A DNA stretch of 64,000 bases. Source: Polyangiales bacterium (GTDB lineage Bacteria > Myxococcota_A > Polyangia > Polyangiales > Polyangiaceae). Position numbers and translations under genes: made by a program. Where the stretch lies: contig JBBRLQ010000011.1 of assembly GCA_038231275.1 (NCBI GenBank), positions 32,001-96,000 on the forward strand, in the 5' to 3' direction. Positions 32,614-43,802 of the stretch are shown one piece after another. Each line of letters opens with the position of its first letter. Position 1 is the first letter of the stretch. The notes beneath the pieces are model-generated. The model saw only the letters and a list, made by a program, of their open reading frames with translations. It did not search any database and was not told the DNA's origin.

Positions 32614-33825
32614 ATGAGCAAGAAGGGGAAGCGGAAGAAGGGCAATACCGGGTCGCCGCCGCCGCGATCACGGCCGTCGCTGCCCGACGTGGGTGGTGCG
32701 CCGAGCGCGCCGTCCTCCCGCGCCGCGGTCGCGGCGCCGAGCAGCTCCGTCTCGGTGTCGACTTCCGCATCGAGCTCCAGCGCGGCGACGCCGACGACGC
32801 GCGCGCCAAGTCACACCGACGTGCTCGTGGGCACGACGTCGGAGTCCTCCGCCGCCGAAGCGCTCGCCGCGGCTCCCGCCCCCTCGGACGTCCCGCCGCG
32901 TGACGACCATCAAGAGGAGTCGGGCCCGCGCATCGTCGCGTTCGCGTCGGAGAAGACGGACAAGATCGAGAAGATCGAAAAAGCGGGGAAGCCCGCGAAG
33001 GCGGAGGCGAAACCGCAGAAGGCCGAACCGAAACCCGAAAAGGCCGAGAAGTCCGCAAAGACGGACAAAGCCGAGAAGAAGCCGGCGTCCGCCGTGGAGC
33101 TCGATCACGAGAGCTTCTTCGAAGCCGGAGAGAAGGCCGACAAGGAGCACCGTGCCGTCGCGCGTGGCGTGATCCCCGTCGATCCGCACCACGAGGAAGA
33201 CCTCGCGCTCAAGCACAAGATGAGCCCCGCGGTCCGTGAGCGACGCGCGCGGTTCACGAAGTACGTGAAATGGGCGGTCGGTGCGTCGGCGATCGTCTGC
33301 CTCGCGGCGCTCGTTCGGGTCACCGTCGCGCGCGGCCAGCACGGCACCGAGAACCTCGCCGGCGGCTCGCAGGCGACGGAGATCGCACAGGCGGAGACCC
33401 TGGCGCCGCCGCCTCCCGTCCCGGAGCCGACCGTCGCCGCGACGCCGCCGACCCCCTCACCGGCGCCGACCGACACGGCGACCGCGCCCCCGACCGACAC
33501 CGCGACCCCGGCGCCGGCGGACACCGTGACCCCGGCCGCCGCTACGACCGCCGCCGCGGCCGCAGACACCCCCACCGATCCGGCCGCCGCCAAAGAAGAG
33601 AAGACCGCCGCCCGCAAGGCCCTCGAGCGCGGCGATCTGAAAGGCGCCATCGAGGCCGGCGAGCGCTCGGTCGCGTACGATCCGACCGACGGCGACGCGT
33701 GGCTCCTCCTCGGCGCCGCGTACCAGGAGAAGGGCAAAGGCGCGGACGCGAAGCGCGCCTTCACCGCGTGCCTCAAGCAAGGCAAGCGCGGCGCGGTCGG
33801 CGAGTGCGCCGCGATGCTGCGCTGA
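32614..33825 (+). CDS. Membrane protein with Pro/Thr stalk and C-terminal TPR
   Basis: Low-complexity N-terminus, single TM, PT-rich linker, TPR (AWLLLGAAYQEKG); start uncertain (32408 possible). Confidence 0.7.
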   Translation: MSKKGKRKKGNTGSPPPRSRPSLPDVGGAPSAPSSRAAVAAPSSSVSVSTSASSSSAATPTTRAPSHTDVLVGTTSESSAAEALAAAPAPSDVPPRDDHQEESGPRIVAFASEKTDKIEKIEKAGKPAKAEAKPQKAEPKPEKAEKSAKTDKAEKKPASAVELDHESFFEAGEKADKEHRAVARGVIPVDPHHEEDLALKHKMSPAVRERRARFTKYVKWAVGASAIVCLAALVRVTVARGQHGTENLAGGSQATEIAQAETLAPPPPVPEPTVAATPPTPSPAPTDTATAPPTDTATPAPADTVTPAAATTAAAAADTPTDPAAAKEEKTAARKALERGDLKGAIEAGERSVAYDPTDGDAWLLLGAAYQEKGKGADAKRAFTACLKQGKRGAVGECAAMLR

Positions 33826-33863
33826 CGCCGCGTTTTCGCGCTTTTTAAAACCTCGGCCGTGCG

Positions 33864-33892
33864 TTGACACACCTCCGCGCGAAAGCTAGACC
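33864..33892 (+). promoter_or_regulatory. Sigma70-type promoter of prs (leaderless arrangement)
   Basis: TTGACA-N17-TAGACC, then 6 nt to GTG. Confidence 0.65.
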
Positions 33893-33898
33893 TCGCGC

Positions 33899-34843
33899 GT
33901 GTTCAAGAAGGTTTGTATCTTCTCGGGGAACGCCAACATCGCGCTCGCACAATCGATCGCGCATCACCTCGAGACGCCGCTGTCGAAGTGCAAGGTCACT
34001 CGCTTCAGCGATGGCGAATCCTTCGTCGAGGTGAACGAGAACGTGCGCGGGGTGGACGCCTTCGTCATCCAGCCGACGTGCAGCCCCGTGAACGACAACG
34101 TGATGGAGCTCCTGATCATGTGCGACGCGCTCCGTCGCGCGTCGGCGGGCTCGATCACCGCGGTCATCCCGTACTACGGCTACGCCCGCCAGGACCGCAA
34201 GGTCGCGCCGCGCACGCCCATCACGAGCAAGCTCGTCGCGGACCTCATCCAGGCGAGCGGTACCACGCGCGTCGTGTCGGTGGACTTGCACGCCGGGCAA
34301 ATCCAGGGGTTTTTCAACATCCCGTTCGATCACCTGTACGCGATGCCGGTGATGCTCGAGGACTACCTGAAGAAGAACTTCGACTCGTCCGCGGTCTTCG
34401 TCTCGCCGGACGCGGGCGGCGTCGAGCGTACGCGCGCCTACTCGAAGCGCCTGAACGCGACGATCGCGATCATCGACAAGCGCCGCGAGCGCGCGAACGT
34501 CAGCGAGGTCATGCACCTCATCGGCGAGGTCAAGGGCAAGGACTGCATCATCGTCGACGACATGATCGACACCGCGGGCACCCTCGCCGGCGCCGCGCGC
34601 GCCCTCCTCGACGAGGGCGCCAAGCGCATCGTCGCGGTCGCCACGCACGGCGTCTTCAGCGGCCCCGCCATCCAGCGCATCACCGACTCACCGCTGAGCG
34701 AGGTCGTCGTGACCGATACCATTCCGCTGAGTGATTCGGCCAAAGGGTGCAGCAAGATCAAGGTCGTCTCGATCGCGCGCCTCCTCGCCGAGGCCATCAA
34801 GCGCATTCACAGCTCGGACAGCGTCAGCAGCCTCTTCGCCTAG
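33899..34843 (+). CDS. prs: Ribose-phosphate pyrophosphokinase
   Basis: [43 protein letters not shown]. Confidence 0.98.
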   Translation: MFKKVCIFSGNANIALAQSIAHHLETPLSKCKVTRFSDGESFVEVNENVRGVDAFVIQPTCSPVNDNVMELLIMCDALRRASAGSITAVIPYYGYARQDRKVAPRTPITSKLVADLIQASGTTRVVSVDLHAGQIQGFFNIPFDHLYAMPVMLEDYLKKNFDSSAVFVSPDAGGVERTRAYSKRLNATIAIIDKRRERANVSEVMHLIGEVKGKDCIIVDDMIDTAGTLAGAARALLDEGAKRIVAVATHGVFSGPAIQRITDSPLSEVVVTDTIPLSDSAKGCSKIKVVSIARLLAEAIKRIHSSDSVSSLFA

Positions 34844-34989
34844 CGGAGTCCGCGTAGAGCTTCCGCCTAGAGGGTCCTCCTCTGGAGAATCCGCTACCGT
34901 CCAAGGCAACGCTCTGCTATGCGTTCGCCCCCCGTCCTTCTTGGCGGGTGTGGCTGCAGAATCCCTAGGTTTTTTTCGAGGAACTTCAA

Positions 34990-35775
34990 ATGACCTCCGC
35001 CGCTCCGACCAGCGCTCGCAACCCGAAGAACGACTCCACGACGATGCCGGGCCTCGTCGCCGCGCCGCGCACGGCGCATGGCAAGGGAGGCTCCCGCGCG
35101 CTTCGCAAGAGCGGGCAGGTTCCGGCGGTCGCGTACGGCAAAGGCCTGCCGACCACGTCGCTCGCGGTCTCGCCGAAGGAAATCCTCAGCATCCTCAAGT
35201 CGGAGCGCGGTCAGAACAACGTCATCAAGATGAAGGTCGAAGGCGGCAAAGTGGCCGACCTGCTCGTCATGATCAAGGACTACACGTACCACCCGGTCAC
35301 GCGCGATCTCGAGCACGTCGACTTCGTGCAGGTGAGCCTCGAGAAGGAAGTCCAGGTCGAGCTCCCGCTCGTCTTCACGGGCAAGCCGGTGGGCCTCACC
35401 GAGGGCGGCGTCATTCGTCAGGTCTACCGCACCATCCCGATCCGCTGCCTCCCCGACAAGATCCCCGTCAAGGTCGAGGTCGACATCGCGCACCTCGCGC
35501 TCGGCGAGCACATCGCGACGCGTGATCTGAAGCTCCCTGCGGGCGTCGTGGTTCGTCTGCCCGAAGAGCAGACGCTCATCGCGATCGTCACGCCGGAGAA
35601 GGATCGCTCGGCCGAAGAAGCGGCGGCGGTACCGGGCGCTCCGGGCGCGGCGGTTGCGGGCGCGGCTCCGGCTGCGGGCGCGGCTCCGGCTGCGGGCGGC
35701 AAGGACGCGAAGGCGGGCGCGGCTCCGGCCGCAGGCGCGGCGGCGGCTCCGGCCAAGGACGCCAAGAAGAAGTAA
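34990..35775 (+). CDS. rplY: 50S ribosomal protein L25/Ctc
   Basis: GKGGSRALRKSGQVPAVAYG, HPVT...HVDF; follows prs. Confidence 0.95.
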   Translation: MTSAAPTSARNPKNDSTTMPGLVAAPRTAHGKGGSRALRKSGQVPAVAYGKGLPTTSLAVSPKEILSILKSERGQNNVIKMKVEGGKVADLLVMIKDYTYHPVTRDLEHVDFVQVSLEKEVQVELPLVFTGKPVGLTEGGVIRQVYRTIPIRCLPDKIPVKVEVDIAHLALGEHIATRDLKLPAGVVVRLPEEQTLIAIVTPEKDRSAEEAAAVPGAPGAAVAGAAPAAGAAPAAGGKDAKAGAAPAAGAAAAPAKDAKKK

Positions 35776-35832
35776 CCGTCTCACGCGGCTCGCTCGACCA
35801 CGAGCGACGCCGCGTCGAGCAGGGGCTCCTCC

Positions 35833-36420
35833 ATGCTCCTCATCGTTGGGCTGGGGAATCCCGGCAAGAAGTACGAGAAGAACCGGCACAACGTCGGGTT
35901 CATGGCCGTCGACGCGCTCGCGGCGAAGCTCGGCCTGCCCGACGTTCGCGAGAAGTTCAGCGGCGTGTGGACGAAAGGCGACGACGTCGCGGTCCTCAAG
36001 CCGATGACGTACATGAACTTGTCCGGCGACAGCATCCAGCCATGCGCGGCCTTCCTCAAGGTGGCGCCGGCGGACATCGTCGTCGTGCACGACGAGCTCG
36101 ATCTGCCGTTCGGCGACGTGCGCCTCAAGGCCGGGGGCGGTCACGCCGGGCACAACGGGCTTCGCAGCACGATCGAGCGCATGGGAACGCCGGACTTCCT
36201 CCGTGTGCGCATCGGCATCGGCCGTCCTCCGCCGGGTTTTCGCGGCGACGTCGCCGACTACGTGCTGCAAGACTTCGACGCGAGCGAAAGAGCGGAGCTC
36301 CCCGACGTGATCGTGCGCGCGCTCGCGGCGATCGAGAAGGTCGTCAAAGAGGGCGCGCAGGCGGCGATGAACGTCGTGAACCAGAAGGCGCCCCCGAGGA
36401 ACTCGCCGAAGAAGGGTTGA
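35833..36420 (+). CDS. pth: Peptidyl-tRNA hydrolase
   Basis: LIVGLGNPG, RHNVGF, KPMTYMNLSG, HDELDL, GHNGLRS. Confidence 0.98.
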   Translation: MLLIVGLGNPGKKYEKNRHNVGFMAVDALAAKLGLPDVREKFSGVWTKGDDVAVLKPMTYMNLSGDSIQPCAAFLKVAPADIVVVHDELDLPFGDVRLKAGGGHAGHNGLRSTIERMGTPDFLRVRIGIGRPPPGFRGDVADYVLQDFDASERAELPDVIVRALAAIEKVVKEGAQAAMNVVNQKAPPRNSPKKG

Positions 36421-36517
36421 GCGCGGACACACGAAAGGGGGGATGTGGGACGCCACCATCTCGAAATGACGGGGAAAAGGGACGGAGCGCCACGGTTCCC
36501 GTAGAATCGATCGAGGG

Positions 36518-37918
36518 ATGGTACAGCCCGAGGTCACCTCCAGCTCGCTTCAGCCTGGCGTCATGGTGGCCGGCAAGTACCGCATCGAGGCCGAGCTCGG
36601 CCGCGGCGGCATGGGGTGCGTCTACCGCGCGCACCATCGCGCGCTCGCGCAGCCCGTAGCCATCAAAGTGCTCTTCGGGCGATCGCCCGCGGACGTCGCT
36701 CGGTTTGCCCGCGAGGCACGGGCGGCGGCGCGTCTTCAGAGCGAGCACGTCGTGCGCGTCTCCGACGTCGGTGTCGCCGATGGGGTGGGCCCCTACATGG
36801 TGATGGAGCTCCTCGAGGGCTCTGATCTAGGACGGCTCGTCGATCAACAGGGGCCGCTCGCCGTTCCGTTCGCCGTCGACGCGATCCTGCAGGCCATCGA
36901 CGCGCTCGCCGAGGCGCACGGGCTCGGCATCGTCCACAGAGATCTCAAGCCGCAGAATCTGTTCCTTGCGACGCGCTCCGACGGGACCTCGATCGTCAAG
37001 GTCCTCGACTTCGGGATCTCCAAGGCGAACGCGCTCGATGACGAGACGCAGAAGCTCACCGAGACGCGCGCGCTCATCGGCTCGCCGCACTACATGTCCC
37101 CCGAGCAGCTGCGCTCCGCGCACGACGTCGACGCGCGCGCCGACATTTGGTCCTTGGGCGTCGTCCTCTACGAGCTCCTCACGACGAAGACGCCGTTCGA
37201 TGGCCGCACCGTGGGAGCCGTCTTCGCGAGCATTCTCGAGAACACGCCGAGCCCCGTGACTGCGCTGCGGCCCGACGTGCCGCCCGCCGTGCAGGCTGCG
37301 ATCACGCGGTGCCTCCAGCGCGATCCCGAGCACCGGTACCCGCACATCGGAGAGCTCGCGCTGGAGCTCGCGCCGTACGGGAGCGGTCGAGAGGCGGCGA
37401 GCGTCGAGCGAGCGTCGTCCTTCGCGACGCGCGCGGGCGCGAGACTTCCGTCCGGATCGGGGATGCGCCCCGCCGCGACCGTGACGCCGAACCCGAGCGC
37501 GTCGGCCTGGACGCCTCCGCCCGCGAACCTGCGGGTTGCGCCGTCGCCGAATCGCGCACGCGCGCCGTGGCTGGCCGCGCTCGCGCTCGGCGGGGTCGTG
37601 ATCGGCGCGGTCGTGGTCCTCGGCGCGCTGGGCGCGCTCGGGAAAGGGAAGGGGACTCGATCCGTCCCGCCGGTCGCGTCGAGCCCGACGGTCGCCGCCG
37701 CGAACGACGATCTCGCGCCGCCGGTCTCGCCGATCCTCACGGCCGATCCCCCGCCGACCGGCGCGCCGCCGCCGTTCGCTTTGTCCGCGTCGTCTGCGCC
37801 CATCGCGGTCGCGCCGCCGCTGCGCCCCAAGCCTCCGCCGCGCCCCACTCCGTCGACTCCCGCGGTATCCTCTCCGGAGCCTCCGAGCACGGAGCCGGAC
37901 CTCGACCGCCGCCGATGA
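36518..37918 (+). CDS. Membrane Ser/Thr protein kinase
   Basis: LGRGGMG, VAIK, HRDLKPQN, DFG, YMSPE; TM; Pro-rich stalk; tail DLDRRR. Confidence 0.93.
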   Translation: MVQPEVTSSSLQPGVMVAGKYRIEAELGRGGMGCVYRAHHRALAQPVAIKVLFGRSPADVARFAREARAAARLQSEHVVRVSDVGVADGVGPYMVMELLEGSDLGRLVDQQGPLAVPFAVDAILQAIDALAEAHGLGIVHRDLKPQNLFLATRSDGTSIVKVLDFGISKANALDDETQKLTETRALIGSPHYMSPEQLRSAHDVDARADIWSLGVVLYELLTTKTPFDGRTVGAVFASILENTPSPVTALRPDVPPAVQAAITRCLQRDPEHRYPHIGELALELAPYGSGREAASVERASSFATRAGARLPSGSGMRPAATVTPNPSASAWTPPPANLRVAPSPNRARAPWLAALALGGVVIGAVVVLGALGALGKGKGTRSVPPVASSPTVAAANDDLAPPVSPILTADPPPTGAPPPFALSASSAPIAVAPPLRPKPPPRPTPSTPAVSSPEPPSTEPDLDRRR

Positions 37919-38877
37919 CACGCGCCAGAGTCACGCGCCTCTTCCTCCTCGCTTCACTCCTCGCGCCCGCCGCGCGGGCGGAGCCGTCCGCGCAAGACAA
38001 GGCGCAGGCCGACGCGTTCTTCCGCGAGGGCCGCGCGCTCATGAACGACGGGAAATACGGGCTGGCATGCGGAAAGCTCGCCGAGAGCCAGCGCCTCGAT
38101 CCGGCGCCCGGCACGCTCGTGAACCTCGCTCTCTGCCACGAGAAGGACGGGCAAACCGCGAGCGCGTGGGCCGAGTTCAACGAGGTCGCCGAGCGGCCCG
38201 GCGACGACAAGGCGCGCGGCCCGTTCGCGCGAACGCACGCGCAGGAGCTGGAAAAAAGGCTCTCGCGCGTGCGCGTCAGGGTCGCGGCGGTGGCTCCGGA
38301 CGAGGCCGTCGCCATCGACGGCCGCACGCAAGGCGCCGGCGCGTGGGGATCCGCGTCGCCGCTCGATCCGGGCGAGCACACGGTGGTCGTATCGGCGCCC
38401 GGCAAGAAGAGCTGGCAGACTACGGTGCGCCTCGCGCAAGGCCCGGTCGTCGTGGACGTCGAGGTCCCAGCCCTCGAAGAGCTCCCGGTAGCGCGCCCGG
38501 TGATTCCGCCGGCGCCGCGTGACGTCCCGGAGAGCGCGCCGCCCGACGGTCGCGGCCAACGCACGGTGGGCTACGTCGTCGGCGGGGCGGGCGTCGTGGC
38601 GCTCGGCGTCGGCGTGGTCTTCGGCCTCCGCACGCTCGGCAAGAAGAGCGACGCCGACGCGCTCTGCCCAAACAACAAGTGCGCCGGGGATCCGCGCGTC
38701 GCCGATCTCGACGACGCCGCGAAATCCTCCGCGCTCATCTCGACGATCGCGGTCGGCGTCGGCGCGGTCGCGATCGCCGCCGGCCTCTACCTGGTCCTCG
38801 CCGCGCCCGTCGCAGGAGTGAAATCCGCGGCCGTCGCGATCTCGCCGACCGGCGCCTCGCTGATGGGGAGGTTCTGA
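37915..38877 (+). CDS. Secreted TPR/PEGA protein with C-terminal hydrophobic segments
   Basis: ATGA overlap with the kinase; signal peptide; TLVNLALCHEK; LDPGEHTVVVSAPG; Cys pair; ends SLMGRF. Confidence 0.85.
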   Translation: MTRARVTRLFLLASLLAPAARAEPSAQDKAQADAFFREGRALMNDGKYGLACGKLAESQRLDPAPGTLVNLALCHEKDGQTASAWAEFNEVAERPGDDKARGPFARTHAQELEKRLSRVRVRVAAVAPDEAVAIDGRTQGAGAWGSASPLDPGEHTVVVSAPGKKSWQTTVRLAQGPVVVDVEVPALEELPVARPVIPPAPRDVPESAPPDGRGQRTVGYVVGGAGVVALGVGVVFGLRTLGKKSDADALCPNNKCAGDPRVADLDDAAKSSALISTIAVGVGAVAIAAGLYLVLAAPVAGVKSAAVAISPTGASLMGRF

Positions 38878-39489
38878 GTGCGCCGCCTCCTCGTCGTCGC
38901 CGCGACGCTCATCGCGCCGCTCTCGCTCACGGCGTGCGCGCTCGTCGCCGGGTTGAAAGATCGCGACGCGCCCGACGACGCAGGCACGACCGGCGACGCG
39001 ACCGTGGAGGCCTCTGCCGACGGCGCCGGCGCGGACGCGCCAGGCAACGACGGCGCAGGCGGCGACGCAGCGGGGGGTGATGGTTCTGGAGGCGACGCCG
39101 GACGGGACGCGGCCGGCGACGCCGCGGACGGAGGCGACGCAGCCGACGGGGCATGCGTTCAAAGCGCGACCACCGTGATGTGCGGCGTCGGCGGCGCGGT
39201 CGCGTGCGACGGCGGCAACGGCGGCGGATGCTGCGTCGAGGCGGGGACGTGCGGCTCCGTCACCGACTGTTTTGGGCACCACCTCACCTGCGACGGCCCC
39301 GAGGACTGCGCCGGGCAGAGCTGCTGCCCGCTCTCGTCAGGCAGCTTGGTCGGCACGATCTGCGGCAACTGCGGCCCCGGCGGCGCGACCTTGTGCCACT
39401 GCGCGTCCGACTGCGCCTCGGACGTCTCAATTTGCTGCCCGTTCCCCGACGCGCCCGCGTACTCCCGCTGCCGCGCGACCTGCCCCTGA
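38878..39489 (+). CDS. Cys-rich lipoprotein
   Basis: LTAC lipobox; DAG/DGG linker; CDGPEDC-type domain; abuts the upstream stop. Confidence 0.85.
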   Translation: MRRLLVVAATLIAPLSLTACALVAGLKDRDAPDDAGTTGDATVEASADGAGADAPGNDGAGGDAAGGDGSGGDAGRDAAGDAADGGDAADGACVQSATTVMCGVGGAVACDGGNGGGCCVEAGTCGSVTDCFGHHLTCDGPEDCAGQSCCPLSSGSLVGTICGNCGPGGATLCHCASDCASDVSICCPFPDAPAYSRCRATCP

Positions 39490-39586
39490 CCTGCTCCCCA
39501 ACCCCGCGAAAACGCAGCGCGAAAAAAGGTAGGAGCCGGGGCGCGCCTTTGTGCTAGAAAGCGCGCCCCCGGGAATTTTTCCGGGA

Positions 39587-39633
39587 TTCCTTGCTCGTGG
39601 GCAATCGTCCCACGGGCCAACGTTCAAAAGGAA
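39587..39633 (+). ncRNA. Putative S6:S18-binding ribosomal leader
   Basis: TTCCTT can pair with RBS AAGGAA; inner hairpin GCTCGTGGG/CCCACGGGC followed by C; directly upstream of rpsF. Confidence 0.55.
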
Positions 39634-39637
39634 GACC

Positions 39638-40240
39638 ATGACCGCAGAAGTCACGAACCCCGTCTCCGTGCGTGCAGGCGCCCCGGCGCTGCCGATGCGC
39701 GGCGTCGCGCAGAAGCTCAAGACCAAAGAATACGAGACCATCTACATCCTCCGCTCGGACGTCGACGCCGACGCCGCGGAGAAGGTGCAGGGCCGCTTCG
39801 CGGAGGTCATCGCCCGCGAGGGTGGACGCCTCCTCAAGGTGGAAGCGTGGGGCCGTCGCCGCCTCGCGTACCCCGTCGCGAAGCACAAGAAGGGCGTCTA
39901 CGTGTACGTGAAGTACGTCGGCAAGGGCGGCCTCGTCGCCGAGATCGAGCGTAACCTCAAGCTGTCGGACAGCGTCCTCAAGTTCCAGACCGTCCTCACG
40001 AACGAGGAGATCGCCGACGCTGGCGCGATCACCGTCGATCCCGAGGAGATCAAGTGGAACCGCCTCGAGCTGCCCGCCGAGGAAGACGAGAAGGAGTCCC
40101 GCGAGAAGGCCCTCGGCCTCATCGACCTCGGCCCCGACGCGCCCCGCGCGCCGCGCCGTGAGGAAGACGAGTTCGCCGACGAGCCCGAAGAAGATGCGGC
40201 GCCCAAGAGCGTCACCGCGCCTGAGGAGACCGAGTCATGA
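39638..40240 (+). CDS. rpsF: 30S ribosomal protein S6
   Basis: [18 protein letters not shown]-terminal and acidic C-terminal extensions. Confidence 0.95.
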   Translation: MTAEVTNPVSVRAGAPALPMRGVAQKLKTKEYETIYILRSDVDADAAEKVQGRFAEVIAREGGRLLKVEAWGRRRLAYPVAKHKKGVYVYVKYVGKGGLVAEIERNLKLSDSVLKFQTVLTNEEIADAGAITVDPEEIKWNRLELPAEEDEKESREKALGLIDLGPDAPRAPRREEDEFADEPEEDAAPKSVTAPEETES

Positions 40241-40539
40241 CGATGCGAAACCCCGCCATGATGGACGACGACAAGGACTTCGGCCGCACGCCGGACCTGA
40301 ACGCCGACGCCCCCGGCCGTCGCCGCGGTGGCAAGAAGCGCGTCTGCAAGTACTGCGCGGACAAGACCGTGCTCATCGACTACAAAGACCCGCAGGCGCT
40401 GAAGTACTTCATCAGCGAGCGCGGCAAGGTCGTCCCCCGCCGCATCAGCGGCAACTGCGCCCGCCACCAGCGCAAGGTCACGCTCGCGATCAAGCGCGCG
40501 CGCAACATCGCGCTCCTGCCCTTCACCGTTTCGGGTTGA
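40237..40539 (+). CDS. rpsR: 30S ribosomal protein S18
   Basis: [25 protein letters not shown]; Zn-binding form. Confidence 0.97.
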   Translation: MTMRNPAMMDDDKDFGRTPDLNADAPGRRRGGKKRVCKYCADKTVLIDYKDPQALKYFISERGKVVPRRISGNCARHQRKVTLAIKRARNIALLPFTVSG

Positions 40540-40552
40540 GGAGAGACCAGTC

Positions 40553-41008
40553 ATGCCCGCCACGATTCAAGTCATCCTCCAGTCCGACGTCGCCAAGCTC
40601 GGCGAGTCGGGCGAGCTCGTGAAGGTCCGCCCTGGCTTCGCGCGCAACTTCCTCCTGCCCCGTCAGCTCGCCGTCCCGGCGACGACCGCGCAGATCAACC
40701 GCCTCAACCACGAGAAGGCCGTCGCCGTGGCGAAGGCCGAGAAGAACAAGAAGGAGATGAAGGACCTCGCTGCAAAGATCGAGGCCCTGAAAATCCAGAT
40801 CGCTCGCCCCGTCGGCGAGGACAACAAGCTCTTCGGCTCGGTCACGGCCAAAGACATCGAGAACGCGGTCAAGGCCGCCGGACTCGAGATCGATCGCAAG
40901 AAGATGCACCTCGCCGAGCCGATCAAGACGCTCGGAACCTTCGAGATCCCGGTGAAGCTCCTCACGGACGTCACCGCGGCCTTGAAGGTCGAGGTCACGA
41001 AGAAGTAG
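40553..41008 (+). CDS. rplI: 50S ribosomal protein L9
   Basis: LGESGELVKVRPGFARNFLLP, KLFGSVT. Confidence 0.97.
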   Translation: MPATIQVILQSDVAKLGESGELVKVRPGFARNFLLPRQLAVPATTAQINRLNHEKAVAVAKAEKNKKEMKDLAAKIEALKIQIARPVGEDNKLFGSVTAKDIENAVKAAGLEIDRKKMHLAEPIKTLGTFEIPVKLLTDVTAALKVEVTKK

Positions 41009-41115
41009 GTGTAGAAGTACTCGTCGCGACTTCGCGTTCGTCACAAGATTGAGGCCCCGTCGGTCCACGGCACCTGCCGCGACCGATGGGGTCTCGTCAT
41101 TTGGAGGTTCTTCCT

Positions 41116-42591
<1,476 letters not shown>

Positions 42592-42639
42592 AGCGGTAGC
42601 GACCCACCCGCGGTTACTGTGCTCTAATTCCGCCGGTCG

Positions 42640-43797
42640 ATGCCCGCTCCTAGTCTCGCGTCTCTGACGAAAACCAAGCGCGTGCTGATCACCGTGGGGG
42701 CGGGCGGTGTCGGCAAGACGACGAGCGCGGCGGCCCTCGCCGTAGCGGCGGCGCGTGAGGGACGACGAGTGTTGTGCCTCACCATCGATCCGGCGCGGCG
42801 GCTCGCCGAATCGCTGGGCATCGCGAAGATGGATACGAACGGCCACGTCGTCGACAAGGCGCTCTTCGAGGCGGCCGGCGTCACGATGACCGGCTCGCTC
42901 ACCGCCATGATGCTCGACACGAAGCGCACCTTCGACGAGCTCGTCATCAAGTATTCGTCGACGCCGGAGAAGGCAGAGAGGCTCCTCTCGAACAAGCTCT
43001 ACACGTACGTCTCGACCTCGCTCGCGGGGACGCAGGAGTACATGGCGATGGAGAAGCTCGTCGCCGTCAAAGACGATCCCCAATACGATCTCGTCATCCT
43101 CGACACGCCGCCGACCGCGAACGCGCTGGATTTTCTCGATGCGCCGGAGCGCCTGATGGGCGCGCTCGACAGCGCGGCGATGAAGTGGTTCATCCAAGCG
43201 TTCGAGTCGAGCGGCAAGCTGTCGCTTAACCTCCTCGCAAAGTCGGCGGCGGTCATCCTCCGCGGCATCGGAAAAATCACCGGCGGCGGCTTCCTCGAGT
43301 CGATGGCGGAGTTCATCACCGAGCTGAACGATCTGTTCGGCGGCTTCAAACAGCGCGCGAAGATCGTACAGGCCGCACTACGCGCGCCCGACGTCTCGTT
43401 CGTCCTCGTGACGTCGCCGGCGCCGATGAGCATCCAAGAGGTGCTCTTCTTCTCGGAGCGCCTCGCCGAGCACCGGATGCCGCGCGGCGCGTTCGTCGTG
43501 AACCGCTTCCGCCTCCCGCCCGCACGCGCGGTGGAGGGCGTGACGGTTGCGCAGGCGAAGGACGCCCTGGCGAAGAGCGGCCTCGCACTAGAAGAGGAGG
43601 GCCCCGAGCGCCTCGTCCGCGCGCACCAGGATCAAGTGAAGCTCGCGCAACTCGACGCCCTCCACGTCGGCGCCCTCGCGCGCGAAGCGAAATCAGGCGG
43701 CGTCGCCATCGTGCGCGTGCCCGAGCTCGCGAGCGACGTGCACGATCTCCGGCTCCTCGCGCAGGTGGGGGAGATGCTGATGAAGGGCGGCGTCTAG
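42640..43797 (+). CDS. ArsA/GET3-family ATPase
   Basis: GAGGVGKTT, TIDPA, DTPPT. Confidence 0.88.
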   Translation: MPAPSLASLTKTKRVLITVGAGGVGKTTSAAALAVAAAREGRRVLCLTIDPARRLAESLGIAKMDTNGHVVDKALFEAAGVTMTGSLTAMMLDTKRTFDELVIKYSSTPEKAERLLSNKLYTYVSTSLAGTQEYMAMEKLVAVKDDPQYDLVILDTPPTANALDFLDAPERLMGALDSAAMKWFIQAFESSGKLSLNLLAKSAAVILRGIGKITGGGFLESMAEFITELNDLFGGFKQRAKIVQAALRAPDVSFVLVTSPAPMSIQEVLFFSERLAEHRMPRGAFVVNRFRLPPARAVEGVTVAQAKDALAKSGLALEEEGPERLVRAHQDQVKLAQLDALHVGALAREAKSGGVAIVRVPELASDVHDLRLLAQVGEMLMKGGV

Positions 43798-43802
43798 AGG
43801 CG

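Noticed and set aside
33826..33898. tRNA-Gln often found upstream of prs
   Set aside because: No cloverleaf or T-loop; the gap holds only a promoter
34844..34989. Possible L25 leader RNA before rplY
   Set aside because: Some hairpin potential, but I cannot match a defined motif by eye
42640..43797. Arsenic-resistance locus
   Set aside because: Single ATPase domain without the metalloid-binding Cys set and no arsR/B/C/D neighbours; fits the GET3-like clade
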